From Promethearchaeota archaeon (GTDB lineage: Archaea > Asgardarchaeota > Heimdallarchaeia > Hodarchaeales > Hodarchaeaceae): a stretch of 64,000 nt of DNA. Positions 10,817 to 21,338 of the stretch are shown one piece after another (the stretch's first letter is position 1; each line of letters begins with the position of its first letter). The position numbers were made by a program, and so were the translations under genes. The notes under the pieces are model-generated. The model was not told the origin of the DNA. It saw nothing but the letters and a program-made list of their open reading frames with translations, and searched no databases. The stretch is taken from positions 32,001-96,000 of the forward strand of contig JBHLMN010000004.1 of NCBI GenBank assembly GCA_048938105.1, in the 5' to 3' direction.

Positions 10817-12070
10817 TTAATCATCCTCTGCATCATCCATGTTATGATGATGGTCTTCCTCAATAATCGCTCCTTGATCCTTCATTTCTTGCCATTCCCT
10901 CATAAATTCGGCATTCATAGGACTAATTGTTCTTAATCTTTCAACAACACTAGATAGATGTTCAACAAATTGATCTATCTCTTCTTTGGTGTTGTATTTA
11001 CTTAATCCTATTCGAACACTGCCATGACTAACTTCAGTTGGTAATCCAATCGCTGAAAGAACGTGGCTTGCTTTCAATCGTTTTGAAGAACATGCTGATC
11101 CTGTAGCAATCATAAAATCAAGCAGGTCTAAGTGTAACAAGATTGATTCTCCTTCAACATAACTAATTACAACTGAAAAGTGGTTTGGAAGTCGTTTTTC
11201 TGTGTCAATTGGACCAGTAATTTGGAAATCATGGATTTTTTTCTTAAAGGTCTGCCATAAATAATCTCTCAACTCTGTAACTCTTTCATTGATTTCTGGA
11301 GAATATATTTCAACAGCTTTTGCAAAACCTACAATGCCTGGAAGGTTTTCAGTTCCACCTCGTTTTTTATTTTCCTGGAGCCCACCGTCAATAAGCTTTT
11401 GAATCTTAATACCCTTCTTAATGTAAAGTGCTCCAACACCTTTAGGCCCATGGATTAAATGACTAGTTATTGTTGCCAAGTCAACGATTGAAGCATCAAA
11501 AGGAACCTTACAAAAACTATAAGAAGCTTCGACATGAAGCGGAACATTATGATTATGACAAATAGAGGCAATTTCCTTAATATCTTCGACAGTACCGATC
11601 TCAACATTGCCATGTGGAACTGAAACTAAAAGAGGGGGATCATTACTATCACTAAGAAGTTCTCGTAGATGATTCAGGTCAATAAATCCCTCTGAATCGA
11701 CTTTTATTAATTTAACGATAAAACCAAGCTTTTCTAATGCTGTTAAACTGTCCAACACTGTGGAATGAGATACACTTGAAGCAAGAAAGGTTCTCTTTTT
11801 TTTCTTAATATTTGCTAATGCTATACCTTTCACTGCAAAGTTGTTTGATTCTGCCTGACCTGATGTAAAAACAATTTCAGATGATTTTACATTAATTTTT
11901 GCGGCAATAATCTCTCGTGCTGAATCAAGAGCTTGTTTTGCTTCAACTCCGAAAGAATGTCCATAGTCTGAACTAGGTGGGCTTATTATCTCTGTGAAAT
12001 ATGGCATCATAGCCTCAATGGCCGCTGAATCGACCCTTGTTGAAGCATTGTTATCTAAATAGACCTTCAA
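10817..12070 (-). CDS. iscS: IscS/NifS-like cysteine desulfurase homologue lacking the PLP lysine
   Basis: YLDNNAST, FTSGQAESNN, GPKGVG, RGGTEN and GSACSS are present; SHLIHGPKG stands where SxHKxxGPKG is expected. Confidence 0.88.
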   Translation of the reverse strand: MKVYLDNNASTRVDSAAIEAMMPYFTEIISPPSSDYGHSFGVEAKQALDSAREIIAAKINVKSSEIVFTSGQAESNNFAVKGIALANIKKKKRTFLASSVSHSTVLDSLTALEKLGFIVKLIKVDSEGFIDLNHLRELLSDSNDPPLLVSVPHGNVEIGTVEDIKEIASICHNHNVPLHVEASYSFCKVPFDASIVDLATITSHLIHGPKGVGALYIKKGIKIQKLIDGGLQENKKRGGTENLPGIVGFAKAVEIYSPEINERVTELRDYLWQTFKKKIHDFQITGPIDTEKRLPNHFSVVISYVEGESILLHLDLLDFMIATGSACSSKRLKASHVLSAIGLPTEVSHGSVRIGLSKYNTKEEIDQFVEHLSSVVERLRTISPMNAEFMREWQEMKDQGAIIEEDHHHNMDDAEDD

Positions 12071-12238
12071 GAAGAAAACACCTTCAATAATTCAACGTTA
12101 TATTCTTTTTGATGCCAATAACAATAGTTTATTTTAACTATTATTATACGGAAAAGATAGTAAAAAGCATAATTTTTACTCAAAAGATCAATTGTTCAAA
12201 GCTCATTGGTTACCATTGATTTTATACAACTCGAAACC

Positions 12239-13159
12239 TTAATTCATCATTCCAAGGGTCTCTTTGATAATTTTTGCTACAGCGAAAGCAGTAATATTTG
12301 ATTGATCATAATCAGGACAAAATTCTACAATATCAATGGCGAAAATAGGCAGATTTGATAATTCTTGAATAAAGTTAATTACATCACGAGTTGTTAATCC
12401 TCCTGGTTCTGGATTTCCTAAACCAGGTGCAAACGCAGGATCTAAGATATCTAGATCCATAGATAAGTAAATTTGGTCAACTGTTTGCTTGAATATTTTC
12501 TCAGTCAAGTATGCTATTGCAGCTGCTCCCTTTCTCTGGAATTCATTGCTAGTAATAGTTGTTATTCCTGAATTTTCTGCAAATTTCCTTTGTTCTTCCG
12601 TACTGGCCCGAATTCCGACTTGAATTATATTCTTTGGATTTATCTTTGTTTGATCAATAATACGTCTTATGACACAAGCGTGGGAATATATATTTCCCTT
12701 ATATTGATAGTATAAGTCAGGGTGTGCATCTAAGTAGATAATCCCTACCTTATTATCTTGAAACAGTCCCATTTGAGTAAGTGAATAGATACAGAAATAA
12801 GTTATTAGATGATCTCCTCCAAGAAATAACAATCGCGGGTTTCTCTTTACATCATAAATTCGAGTTAGAGTAGTTAAAACCTCCTTTCGGGTATTCATTG
12901 CATCATTCGTTGAGATTTCAACGTCATTAGAGTCAAATATTTGCCATTTATCCTCAATGTTTACCCCAGCTTCAGTGTAAGGATTATATAATTCACTTGA
13001 GGTTGCCTGACGGATCTTTTTTGGTGCTTTGGCACATCCTTTCCTAAAAGATGAGGAATCATCCCAAGGAATCCCTAGTGCAATTAAATTGGCTTCATCA
13101 ATATCCTCTACGGTAGCACCAAAAAAGAATGTAGAAAATATTGTTTTTGAGGAACCCAT
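12239..13159 (-). CDS. speB: Agmatinase (arginase/ureohydrolase family)
   Basis: GGDH, DAHPD, SMDLDILDPAFAPG, PEPGG. Confidence 0.85.
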   Translation of the reverse strand: MGSSKTIFSTFFFGATVEDIDEANLIALGIPWDDSSSFRKGCAKAPKKIRQATSSELYNPYTEAGVNIEDKWQIFDSNDVEISTNDAMNTRKEVLTTLTRIYDVKRNPRLLFLGGDHLITYFCIYSLTQMGLFQDNKVGIIYLDAHPDLYYQYKGNIYSHACVIRRIIDQTKINPKNIIQVGIRASTEEQRKFAENSGITTITSNEFQRKGAAAIAYLTEKIFKQTVDQIYLSMDLDILDPAFAPGLGNPEPGGLTTRDVINFIQELSNLPIFAIDIVEFCPDYDQSNITAFAVAKIIKETLGMMN

Positions 13160-13255
13160 ATCCTGACATCCTTTGAAGACTGTTATATTATAAAATACAC
13201 TCTTTATTTAATATATAAAGCCAACAGTTTGACTCTGTCTTTTGAAAGGGGATTT

Positions 13256-14815
13256 TCACTTGATTATATAATTTCTTTTTTGATAACGTAATTCTTCTCC
13301 AAGAGTGTTTATTGGAATTCTTACTTGCTTCATCGTATCTCTATTTCTTATTGTAACCTGTTTATCTACCAGAGTTTTGTAGTCGATTGTGACACAGAAT
13401 GGTGTTCCAATCTCATCATGTCTTCTGTACCGTTTTCCTATTGAACCACTGTCATCATAATAAGCAATAAATCCATCTGCTTTCAGATTCTCGAAAATTT
13501 CTCGTGCCTTAGCAAATATTTTTTCATCTTTCTGTAATGGAAAAACAGAAACATCATAAGGCGCTAATCGTGGGTGGATTTTCAACACGACTCGTTTCCG
13601 TCCTTTAACAACTTCCTCAGTGTAACCTTCAGCAATTACAGTGAGTAAAATTCTACCAAGACCAACTGAAGGCTCTGCGACAACATACGGGATATATCGA
13701 ATCACACATTCATCTGTTTGTTCCATGAACTCCATTTTCGATTTTGAGAATTCTTGATGTTGGGTTAAATCAAATTGAGTTCGATTTGCGCACCCCATAA
13801 GTTCCTTCCAGCCAAAAGGGTATTTATATTCCAAATCCCAAGTGTCCAAGGCGTAATGACTTAATTCTGTTTTCATATGTTGTCTTAATCGTAATCTTTC
13901 TGATCGAATTCCTAATGCTTTAACAAACCAGCGTACAAAAATAGTAAGCCAATAGGCTTGCCATTTATTCTTGAATATCCCCTTCTCCCACGCTTCTGAC
14001 ACTGATATCTTTCTATAATCTTCTTCAAAATCTTGGTCTTGTTCTATTTGTGATAAAATATTAATTTCATATTCAGCAATTTCATCAAAATTTGGACAGT
14101 CATTCGTTTTTTCAGGATTTGAGAAGTACTCGAATTCCATAAGTTCATATTCTCTCACTCGAAAAAGAAAATTACGAGGAGAAATCTCATTTCTGAAAAC
14201 AATTCCTGTATGGGCTATTCCAAATGGCATCTTCACACGTGTGGAATCAATAACGTTTTTAAATCCAGAAAATATGAGTTGAGCATTCTCTGGTCGTAAA
14301 TAAGCAACTGAAGATGAGTCTTGTACTGGGCCAATATTTGTGGTAAACATTAAATTGAATGTGACTGGTTCACCAAGATTTCCTCCGCATTCAGGACATT
14401 GTACCACTTTTTCTTTAATAATCTTACCTAATTCATCAATTCCCATGTTTTCAGTATGGATATTCAGTTGATCTTCTACTAAATGGTCTAATCTATGTTT
14501 TTTCTTACATTTTCCCTGACAAAAAATTAGAGGGTCATTAAAACTTGTTAAATGACCTGATGCCTCCCATACCTTAGGATGAGTGATTATTGCACCTTCA
14601 TAACCCACGATATCATCACGATTGCGTACAAAATCATTCCACCATGCTTCTTTGATTCGGTTCTTTATCTCAACTCCGATGGGACCATAATCCCAAAATC
14701 CCGCTAATCCTCCATAAATATTTCCAGTAATAAATGCAATTCCAGTTTTATTCGCAAAAGCTATTATTTTTTCCAGAAATAGCTGCATTTCCTTGTCATT
14801 CTGTCCAGTTTTCAC
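13256..14815 (-). CDS. glyS: Glycine--tRNA ligase (alpha2, archaeal/eukaryotic type)
   Basis: YGGLAGFWDYGP, YLRPENAQ, FRNEISPR, EPSVG; anticodon domain SIGKRYRRHDEIGTPFCVTID. Confidence 0.96.
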   Translation of the reverse strand: MKTGQNDKEMQLFLEKIIAFANKTGIAFITGNIYGGLAGFWDYGPIGVEIKNRIKEAWWNDFVRNRDDIVGYEGAIITHPKVWEASGHLTSFNDPLIFCQGKCKKKHRLDHLVEDQLNIHTENMGIDELGKIIKEKVVQCPECGGNLGEPVTFNLMFTTNIGPVQDSSSVAYLRPENAQLIFSGFKNVIDSTRVKMPFGIAHTGIVFRNEISPRNFLFRVREYELMEFEYFSNPEKTNDCPNFDEIAEYEINILSQIEQDQDFEEDYRKISVSEAWEKGIFKNKWQAYWLTIFVRWFVKALGIRSERLRLRQHMKTELSHYALDTWDLEYKYPFGWKELMGCANRTQFDLTQHQEFSKSKMEFMEQTDECVIRYIPYVVAEPSVGLGRILLTVIAEGYTEEVVKGRKRVVLKIHPRLAPYDVSVFPLQKDEKIFAKAREIFENLKADGFIAYYDDSGSIGKRYRRHDEIGTPFCVTIDYKTLVDKQVTIRNRDTMKQVRIPINTLGEELRYQKRNYIIK

Positions 14816-15389
14816 ATTAATCGCCCATAATGCTCTTTCTTGTCTAACACAGTTAGTATTTAAAATTTATTTTTATTTATAAGTTATCTTCTCTCAGAAT
14901 GATATTGTATAATTCTTTAATAGATTTTTAATGAGATTTCTTACTTTTTAAGCAAGTTTTTCCCCTTAATAAAAGAAGAATCCCTGAGATTATTTTCCTG
15001 ATGATTTTCTCTAGATGCTTTGAATTTTCTAGAAGTCATTAACTATTCAGAATTAGTTTTGAAATAGTGGTTTATATTTAAAGATTAGGATTATTTGTTA
15101 AAATTATGTTTATTTTTAGATGATAATATTAAAATTACTTTTTAATAATAAATTATTTCTTTTCGCAAGAAAATTGGATGGTTAATCTTGATATTCAGCA
15201 GATTTGTAACTTTCGAGAAGTAAACAAATAATTTTAAAATAGAAACAAGTGAATTTCTAAAAAACGTTACTTTTATACAAGAAAAATTGGATTGAAACCA
15301 AAGCAACTATAGATCATTAAGAAAATGTGATAGACCATTTATTCAGCTATATCGTTAATGTTGTAGGCATAAAATGAGGAAATTACATT

Positions 15390-17468
15390 TTGAATCGAAT
15401 TACTGAGCACCCCATTCTTTCTATCCCTGAAATGAAAGAACTAATATTCTTTTGGAATGGGAAACAGATGAGAGGATTGAAAGGAATGGTTATTTCCTCA
15501 GCATTGTTAATGAATGGTGTTACAATTTTTGGATATCATCCTAAAGATGACAGCCCCCAAGGAATTTTTTGCGCTAATAATCAATGTGCCCAATGTATGG
15601 TGATTGTTAATGGAAAACCTGTAAAGTCTTGTATGACCCTGCTAGAGGAAGGTATGAGAATACAAAGTTGTTGTGGTCTACCTGAACTCTTAGCAGATGA
15701 TTCACCAGTTAGGTTTGGAAAGACCCCCTTTGTTAAAACAGATGTTCTCGTGATAGGTGCAGGACCTGCAGGCCTATCTGCAACAAAATATCTTGGTGAA
15801 AAAGGTGTTAAAGTTATCTTAGTTGATGATAAAGATCGTCTTGGAGGGAAACTCGTCCTACAAACTCATAAGTTCTTTGGTTCCATACAAGATGTATTTG
15901 CAGGAAAAAGAGGAATTGAAATTGCCAAAATTCTAGGTAAAGCAGTAGAATCACTTTCAAATGTAGACATATGGTTATCAAGCACAGCTGTTGCCGTTTT
16001 TAGTGATAAAATAGTCGGAATCTTGAAAGGACAAGAATATACGTTAATCAAACCAAAAAAACTTCTTATTGCTACAGGAGCTAGAGAAAAAATGCTTGTA
16101 TTTCCAGGAGATATTCTTCCAGGAGTTTATGGAGCAGGAGCATTTCAAACCCTAGTTAATCGTGATTTAGTCAGATCAGCTGATAGAATATTTATTGTTG
16201 GAGGAGGTAACGTTGGATTAATTGCCGGTTATCATGCTTTACAGGCAGGGATCAATGTTGTTGGATTAGTTGAAGTATTACCCAAATGTGGAGGGTATAA
16301 AGTTCATGAAGATAAACTCCGTCGGCTGGGTGTTTCCATATATACAAGTCATACAATCCTCTCTGCTAATGGTGACGGTAAAGTAGAGTCAATCACAATT
16401 GGTAAGCTAGACCAAAATTGGAATGTTATTCGAGGTACAGAAAAATCCTTTTTGTGTGACGCCATCTTAATCGCAGTTGGATTGGATCCTGTGAATGAAT
16501 TTTATACAAAGGCTATAGAATTTGGAATGGATGCTTGGGTTGCCGGAGATGCTCAAGAAATAGCAGAGGCTTCTGCAGCAATATTTACAGGTCAAATAGA
16601 GGCACTGAAGATTCTTCATTCATTAGGAATAGAAACTGAGGAGAAGCTCAAAGAACTTGAAGAAAAAGCCCAAATTATGAAATCTCCCCCACCAAATCCC
16701 AAAATAAGAGGAATAACAACTCAGGAAGAAGGGATCTTTCCCATTTTTCACTGTAATCAGGAAATCCCTTGTAATCCTTGCACTGAAGTATGTCCTCAAC
16801 ATCAAATAAAAACTGAGAATGACATGATAACAAGTCTACCGTATTTTAAGGGAGAGAAAATGTGTACTGGATGTGGGAGATGTGTTGCAGTATGTCCAGG
16901 GTTAGCAATTTCACTAATAGACTATAGAAAAGATAAAGAAAACCCATTTGTGACCTTTCCATATGAAATGATCGAAAGAAGTGTCAATAGAGGGGAGTTA
17001 GTTACAGTAATGAGTAATGATGGAGAATTAGGTGAATTTCCTATCAAACGTATAAGGAAACTTAAAGAATACCCACGAACTCTTCTAATTACTATTAAAT
17101 TACCCAAAAAGATTGCAAAATACGCTATTGGAATAAAAATTCAATCTGATGATATTGGGGAACCATTAACAATCTATCATAAACCACCATTGGCAGATAA
17201 CGCAATTGTATGTCGTTGCGAGCGCGTAACAGCTGGAGAGATTAGAGAATGGATTCGTAGAGGAGTGAAAGATATTAATCAATTGAAAGCTCTTACTCAT
17301 GTCCAAATGGGTGCTTGTGGCGGGAAAACATGTACAGCTTTGATTAATAGGATTTTTCGGGAGGAGGATATTGATTACAGTCTGATTACTCAAGGAACAC
17401 AACGACCCTTGTTCGTTGAAGTACCATTAGAAATTTTTGCTTCTGCCAAGGAAGTGAGGGATAAATGA
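15390..17468 (+). CDS. Sarcosine oxidase alpha / dye-linked proline dehydrogenase alpha-like flavo-iron-sulfur subunit (2Fe-2S + FAD + 4Fe-4S + BFD-like)
   Basis: GIFCANNQCAQC, VIGAGPAG, ATGARE, CNPCTEVCP/CTGCGRCVAVCP, CRCE...MGACGGKTC. Confidence 0.85.
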   Translation: MNRITEHPILSIPEMKELIFFWNGKQMRGLKGMVISSALLMNGVTIFGYHPKDDSPQGIFCANNQCAQCMVIVNGKPVKSCMTLLEEGMRIQSCCGLPELLADDSPVRFGKTPFVKTDVLVIGAGPAGLSATKYLGEKGVKVILVDDKDRLGGKLVLQTHKFFGSIQDVFAGKRGIEIAKILGKAVESLSNVDIWLSSTAVAVFSDKIVGILKGQEYTLIKPKKLLIATGAREKMLVFPGDILPGVYGAGAFQTLVNRDLVRSADRIFIVGGGNVGLIAGYHALQAGINVVGLVEVLPKCGGYKVHEDKLRRLGVSIYTSHTILSANGDGKVESITIGKLDQNWNVIRGTEKSFLCDAILIAVGLDPVNEFYTKAIEFGMDAWVAGDAQEIAEASAAIFTGQIEALKILHSLGIETEEKLKELEEKAQIMKSPPPNPKIRGITTQEEGIFPIFHCNQEIPCNPCTEVCPQHQIKTENDMITSLPYFKGEKMCTGCGRCVAVCPGLAISLIDYRKDKENPFVTFPYEMIERSVNRGELVTVMSNDGELGEFPIKRIRKLKEYPRTLLITIKLPKKIAKYAIGIKIQSDDIGEPLTIYHKPPLADNAIVCRCERVTAGEIREWIRRGVKDINQLKALTHVQMGACGGKTCTALINRIFREEDIDYSLITQGTQRPLFVEVPLEIFASAKEVRDK

Positions 17469-18616
17469 CCGAATATGACTGCATTATCATTGGAGCGGGT
17501 AGTGTAGGAGTTCCCACGGCATTAGCAATGGGTAAAGAAGGTCTTAGGACTTTAGTACTTGATAGTGCTCCATCTGTAGGTTGTGGTGATAATAAACATG
17601 CAATTGGAGGAATAAGGGCAACCCACTCCAATAAAGGGAAAATTTGGGTATGTCAACGTTCTATAGAGATTTTTTCTGAGTGGGAGGAAAAATTTGGTGA
17701 TGATATCGAGTGGATACAAGGGGGATATTCTTTTGTGGCTTTTAATGAAGCTCATGAACATTTATTGAAAGACACTGTTCAACTCCAAAAACGATATGGA
17801 TTGAATATCGATTATCTTGAAGCAGATAAAATTAAGGAATTAATTCCAGGGATTAACGGTGGTGGACTTCTTGGAGGGACTTTTTCACCTGAGGATGGTA
17901 ATGCCTCCCCATTATTAACTATAAACGCTTTTTATCGTCAGGCGCGAAATTTTGGGGTGGAATTTAAATTTAAAGAAGAAGTAATAAATATTCAGATCAG
18001 TAAAGAACAAATTGTGTCTGTAAAAACCATCAAGGACACACATCAGTCTCAGTGTATTATAAATGCCGCAGGAGCTTGTGCAAAAGATATCGCTCAAATG
18101 ATTGGTAGTTATGTTCCAGTAGTACCTGATTCTCATGAAGCAGGTATAACAGAACCAGTTAAGCGGTTCTTTTCACCTATGGTTGTTGATATTCGGCCCT
18201 CAGAGGGATCTAAAAACTATTATTTTTATCAGAATAAAGAGGGAAAGATTATTTTTTGCCTCACCCCTCACCCTCCCATTGTTGGAACAGATAGACGAGA
18301 AACTAGCGTTTTTTTGCCACAAATTGCTAAAAGAATGATTAATTTACTTCCAAGACTCAAAAATATCAAGGTCCGACGAACATGGCGTGGATTATATCCA
18401 ATGACACCCGATGGTAATCCTATAGTAGGCCCAATAAATGAAATAAATGGGTATATCAACGCAGTTGGAATGTGCGGCCAAGGTTATATGATTGGACCTG
18501 GGATTGGTGAGGTTCTTGCACGCCTTGTGGCAAAAAAAAGCACCTCAAAAGACAGAGAAATTCTTGATGAATTTTCATTATACCGTGACTTTGTTAAAGA
18601 AGAGAAATTAAAGTAA
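17465..18616 (+). CDS. FAD-dependent oxidoreductase, sarcosine oxidase beta / proline dehydrogenase catalytic subunit (DAO family)
   Basis: IIGAGSVG, INAAG, W.GLYPMTPDGNPIVG, GMCGQGYMIGP; ATGA-coupled to the upstream gene. Confidence 0.87.
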   Translation: MTEYDCIIIGAGSVGVPTALAMGKEGLRTLVLDSAPSVGCGDNKHAIGGIRATHSNKGKIWVCQRSIEIFSEWEEKFGDDIEWIQGGYSFVAFNEAHEHLLKDTVQLQKRYGLNIDYLEADKIKELIPGINGGGLLGGTFSPEDGNASPLLTINAFYRQARNFGVEFKFKEEVINIQISKEQIVSVKTIKDTHQSQCIINAAGACAKDIAQMIGSYVPVVPDSHEAGITEPVKRFFSPMVVDIRPSEGSKNYYFYQNKEGKIIFCLTPHPPIVGTDRRETSVFLPQIAKRMINLLPRLKNIKVRRTWRGLYPMTPDGNPIVGPINEINGYINAVGMCGQGYMIGPGIGEVLARLVAKKSTSKDREILDEFSLYRDFVKEEKLK

Positions 18617-18673
18617 TGGCTCTTAAAAAGACAAAAAGTCAGAACTTCGTTTTATTTGTTTTTAGAATTTATA

Positions 18674-19546
18674 TCATGAAGATACATCGAGAATTTCACG
18701 TAGAGATTGAGCTAATAAATCACTTCTAATAAAGGAAAATTGTAAAGGAGCGTCTTTCTTTGATATTGAGGTTAAGAGTAAGTCGTTTCCGATATCAAAA
18801 AATAATAAAGTTTGATCACTTAGGTGTATTGTGCATGCAAGGTTCTCCGTTTTATATGCTTCTTTTAAACGTTCATTAGTTCCAAGCCATAAATTTGCAG
18901 GTAAAATAGCGATTTCTGTTTCACCTATTTCAATAACAGGAAGACCATCTGAAGATAGAATCGAAGCACCGTAAAAATCTTCATTTGTTTGAAGAAATTC
19001 GTTAATTTTATTTTGGGCTTGCGTAATCTCAAAGGAAGACTCATGAATTAGTTTCATAATTTGAGCCATCATTGCTATTGCTGAATCATCCTTTATTGAT
19101 GTACAATAGAAGTTTATTTGGTCATCAGCATCAGATTGAAAATCTTTCCTCAGTGATTCAAAGAATGTGTTTTGGTCTTCTAGAGTAAGCATATCAGTCT
19201 TATGAAAGCAAACAAATTTCGTAGTAAACGGTGCAAATTCTTTCAGAAAACCTAATACCTTGTTCCAATGAAAAACAGAAGTAGAAATTGTACGTGACTC
19301 AGCAACGTCGAGAATCCATAGAACAATTTGAACATTTGAGAAAATTTCTTTAATCTCTTCTTTTGAGAGCATATCTATTGAATTCTCTTCCTGAAAATGG
19401 ATTTGAAGGACTTTTTGAAGAGATTTAACCTTAAGAATCCTAGTTTTATGTGGATCGCCTTCTGCTTCAGTTATTGCTTCATAGGCTTCTTGGAGTATCG
19501 ATGATTTTCCAGCTTTAGGTAATCCCAAGAGTAAAATTTTAACCAT
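18674..19546 (-). CDS. Rag/Gtr1-like small GTPase domain fused to a C-terminal roadblock domain
   Basis: G1 GLPKAGKSS, IFSNV..V.WILDV, G4 HKTD, G5 TSI; C-terminal GASILSSDGLPV roadblock-like motif. Confidence 0.78.
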   Translation of the reverse strand: MVKILLLGLPKAGKSSILQEAYEAITEAEGDPHKTRILKVKSLQKVLQIHFQEENSIDMLSKEEIKEIFSNVQIVLWILDVAESRTISTSVFHWNKVLGFLKEFAPFTTKFVCFHKTDMLTLEDQNTFFESLRKDFQSDADDQINFYCTSIKDDSAIAMMAQIMKLIHESSFEITQAQNKINEFLQTNEDFYGASILSSDGLPVIEIGETEIAILPANLWLGTNERLKEAYKTENLACTIHLSDQTLLFFDIGNDLLLTSISKKDAPLQFSFIRSDLLAQSLREILDVSS

Positions 19547-19661
19547 AGTATCTCATCTTGAAAGGTTATACATACTACACTATAACTCATCCTACTAGTA
19601 GTATATAGTTATCTAAGGGCCTTATCGAACTGAACAATCTCTTATCAGAATTAATTTAAGA

Positions 19662-21338
19662 TTATTGAAGAATGTATTCGTTGAAGAATGAGACTATGTA
19701 TTCAGGGATTTCATGAATTAAGAATTTCCTAGCAAGTAATTCAGCAACAGATGACCCATATCGTCTTCTAAAAAATTCATCTAAAATGTTTTGAACTATA
19801 CTTTTATCAGAGACTTTTCTTTCTCTTTTTTTGTTGATGTAATTTTGGAGTTCACTAATAGAGGGAAGTCCATCTTGAATTTTACTGGAAGTACGAAGAA
19901 ATACAATTGGATTATTAACAAATAATGACTCAATACTATCTTCCTTCAATGAGAAAAATGTATTCTCTGGAAAAACTGAAGACCAATTCTTCTTAACTTT
20001 GTTGTAAGTTTCTGAATTAACAATATCTCCATCTGTGATTGCCAAAGCACGACTCCTAACAAATTTACTTCTTAATAATTCAATAGAAATTACAAATTTC
20101 ATGTTTGTCCATCCCCCCACTCCAATATAAGAAACTCTGTTCTTTGTTACTCTGGATTGATTACCTAGAAGGATGTCCTCAAAAGCTCGAAAAACTCTCG
20201 CATCTGTTCTTCCTTCTACAAATACAACAACATCAGCACCAAGAGAATCAGAGGGTCTAATACCCAACAATTTAGCTACCTTTTTCATTGATTTTTCACC
20301 GTGAATTGGCCGTATTTTGGTCCAACCTTTTAGTAATTCCACTAGATATGCGTGGCCAATGAGTAACCGAGTAGAATGTGTAGAGAAAATAAGTTGATGA
20401 TCTTTTGAAAAATTTTCCAATCTTCTAGCTAATTTACGCTGTCCTTTTGGGTGTAAGTATAGCCCAGGATTGTCAATGATAATAATTTGGTTCACAGGAC
20501 TTGCTGTTAAAAGATAAGCCAATGAAATGATCCTTATGGTTCCAGTAGACATCCTCCAAAGAGGACTAGTGAAAGCTTGTTCAATTGTGACTTCTACATC
20601 TTGTCCATGATCATGATATTCTCCTAACTCAAAAATAAATTCCTGTCCGATAATATCCTTTAAGAAGTTTTCAATTGCTGTTATTGCTTTATAATCCTTG
20701 TTTTTTATAATCCGTGAAATATTGTCATTTAGAAACTCATATTCAGAGGTCTCATGAAAACGCCGAATAAATGCCGAACCAAGAGCTTGTTGAATGACAA
20801 GAAGATCATTTGATTCAAAAGGTATAAATTCGCCGTTTTTAAGTCGTAAATAACAATTTAGCTCTGTAAACATTAATTGTTCCTGCGAGAGATTCATGTT
20901 GAATTTGAAAGCAGAAATACTAGAAAGGTTTGTAATCGTCTCCAACTCCTTAAAAAAACGATTGAAATAATCATGTGATCGCTTTTGAGTATGAAGAAAA
21001 GCCGTATTAACAAAAATTTCACGTAGATAATCATTCTCTAACCAAGAATCAATGCCTTTGTCAAGCTCTAATTCAAAAACTCCACTAATAGTATTCGTGT
21101 TACTAATATAAGAAAGGATAGGAGGAGCTTGGAGTACTTGTTGACCTAGGCTTATTTTTATTAGTTGATTTTGTTGAACTGATGCACGAATATAAGGGTC
21201 CCAAAAGAGAGTTATCCCATCTAAAATATTCGTTTTCCCCGAATTATGGGGGCCAATAAAACAATTCAACCTCTGAAGGTCTAAAGTTAGCCGTGGTACA
21301 CTTCGGAAATTTATTATGCTTAACTTTCGAATATGCAT
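19662..21338 (-). CDS. OLD-family ATP-dependent nuclease (ABC-type ATPase + TOPRIM)
   Basis: INFRS, Walker A GPHNSGKT, H-loop STHS, TOPRIM VFVEGRTD, TDGD, SIE. Confidence 0.8.
   Translation of the reverse strand: MHIRKLSIINFRSVPRLTLDLQRLNCFIGPHNSGKTNILDGITLFWDPYIRASVQQNQLIKISLGQQVLQAPPILSYISNTNTISGVFELELDKGIDSWLENDYLREIFVNTAFLHTQKRSHDYFNRFFKELETITNLSSISAFKFNMNLSQEQLMFTELNCYLRLKNGEFIPFESNDLLVIQQALGSAFIRRFHETSEYEFLNDNISRIIKNKDYKAITAIENFLKDIIGQEFIFELGEYHDHGQDVEVTIEQAFTSPLWRMSTGTIRIISLAYLLTASPVNQIIIIDNPGLYLHPKGQRKLARRLENFSKDHQLIFSTHSTRLLIGHAYLVELLKGWTKIRPIHGEKSMKKVAKLLGIRPSDSLGADVVVFVEGRTDARVFRAFEDILLGNQSRVTKNRVSYIGVGGWTNMKFVISIELLRSKFVRSRALAITDGDIVNSETYNKVKKNWSSVFPENTFFSLKEDSIESLFVNNPIVFLRTSSKIQDGLPSISELQNYINKKRERKVSDKSIVQNILDEFFRRRYGSSVAELLARKFLIHEIPEYIVSFFNEYILQ

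Noticed and set aside
14816-15389. 574-bp AT-rich gap as a replication origin
   Set aside because: No ORB-like repeats and no adjacent cdc6/orc1; adequately explained as a divergent promoter region.
19662-21338. Gabija or retron defence system
   Set aside because: No UvrD helicase, reverse transcriptase or other defence genes adjacent.
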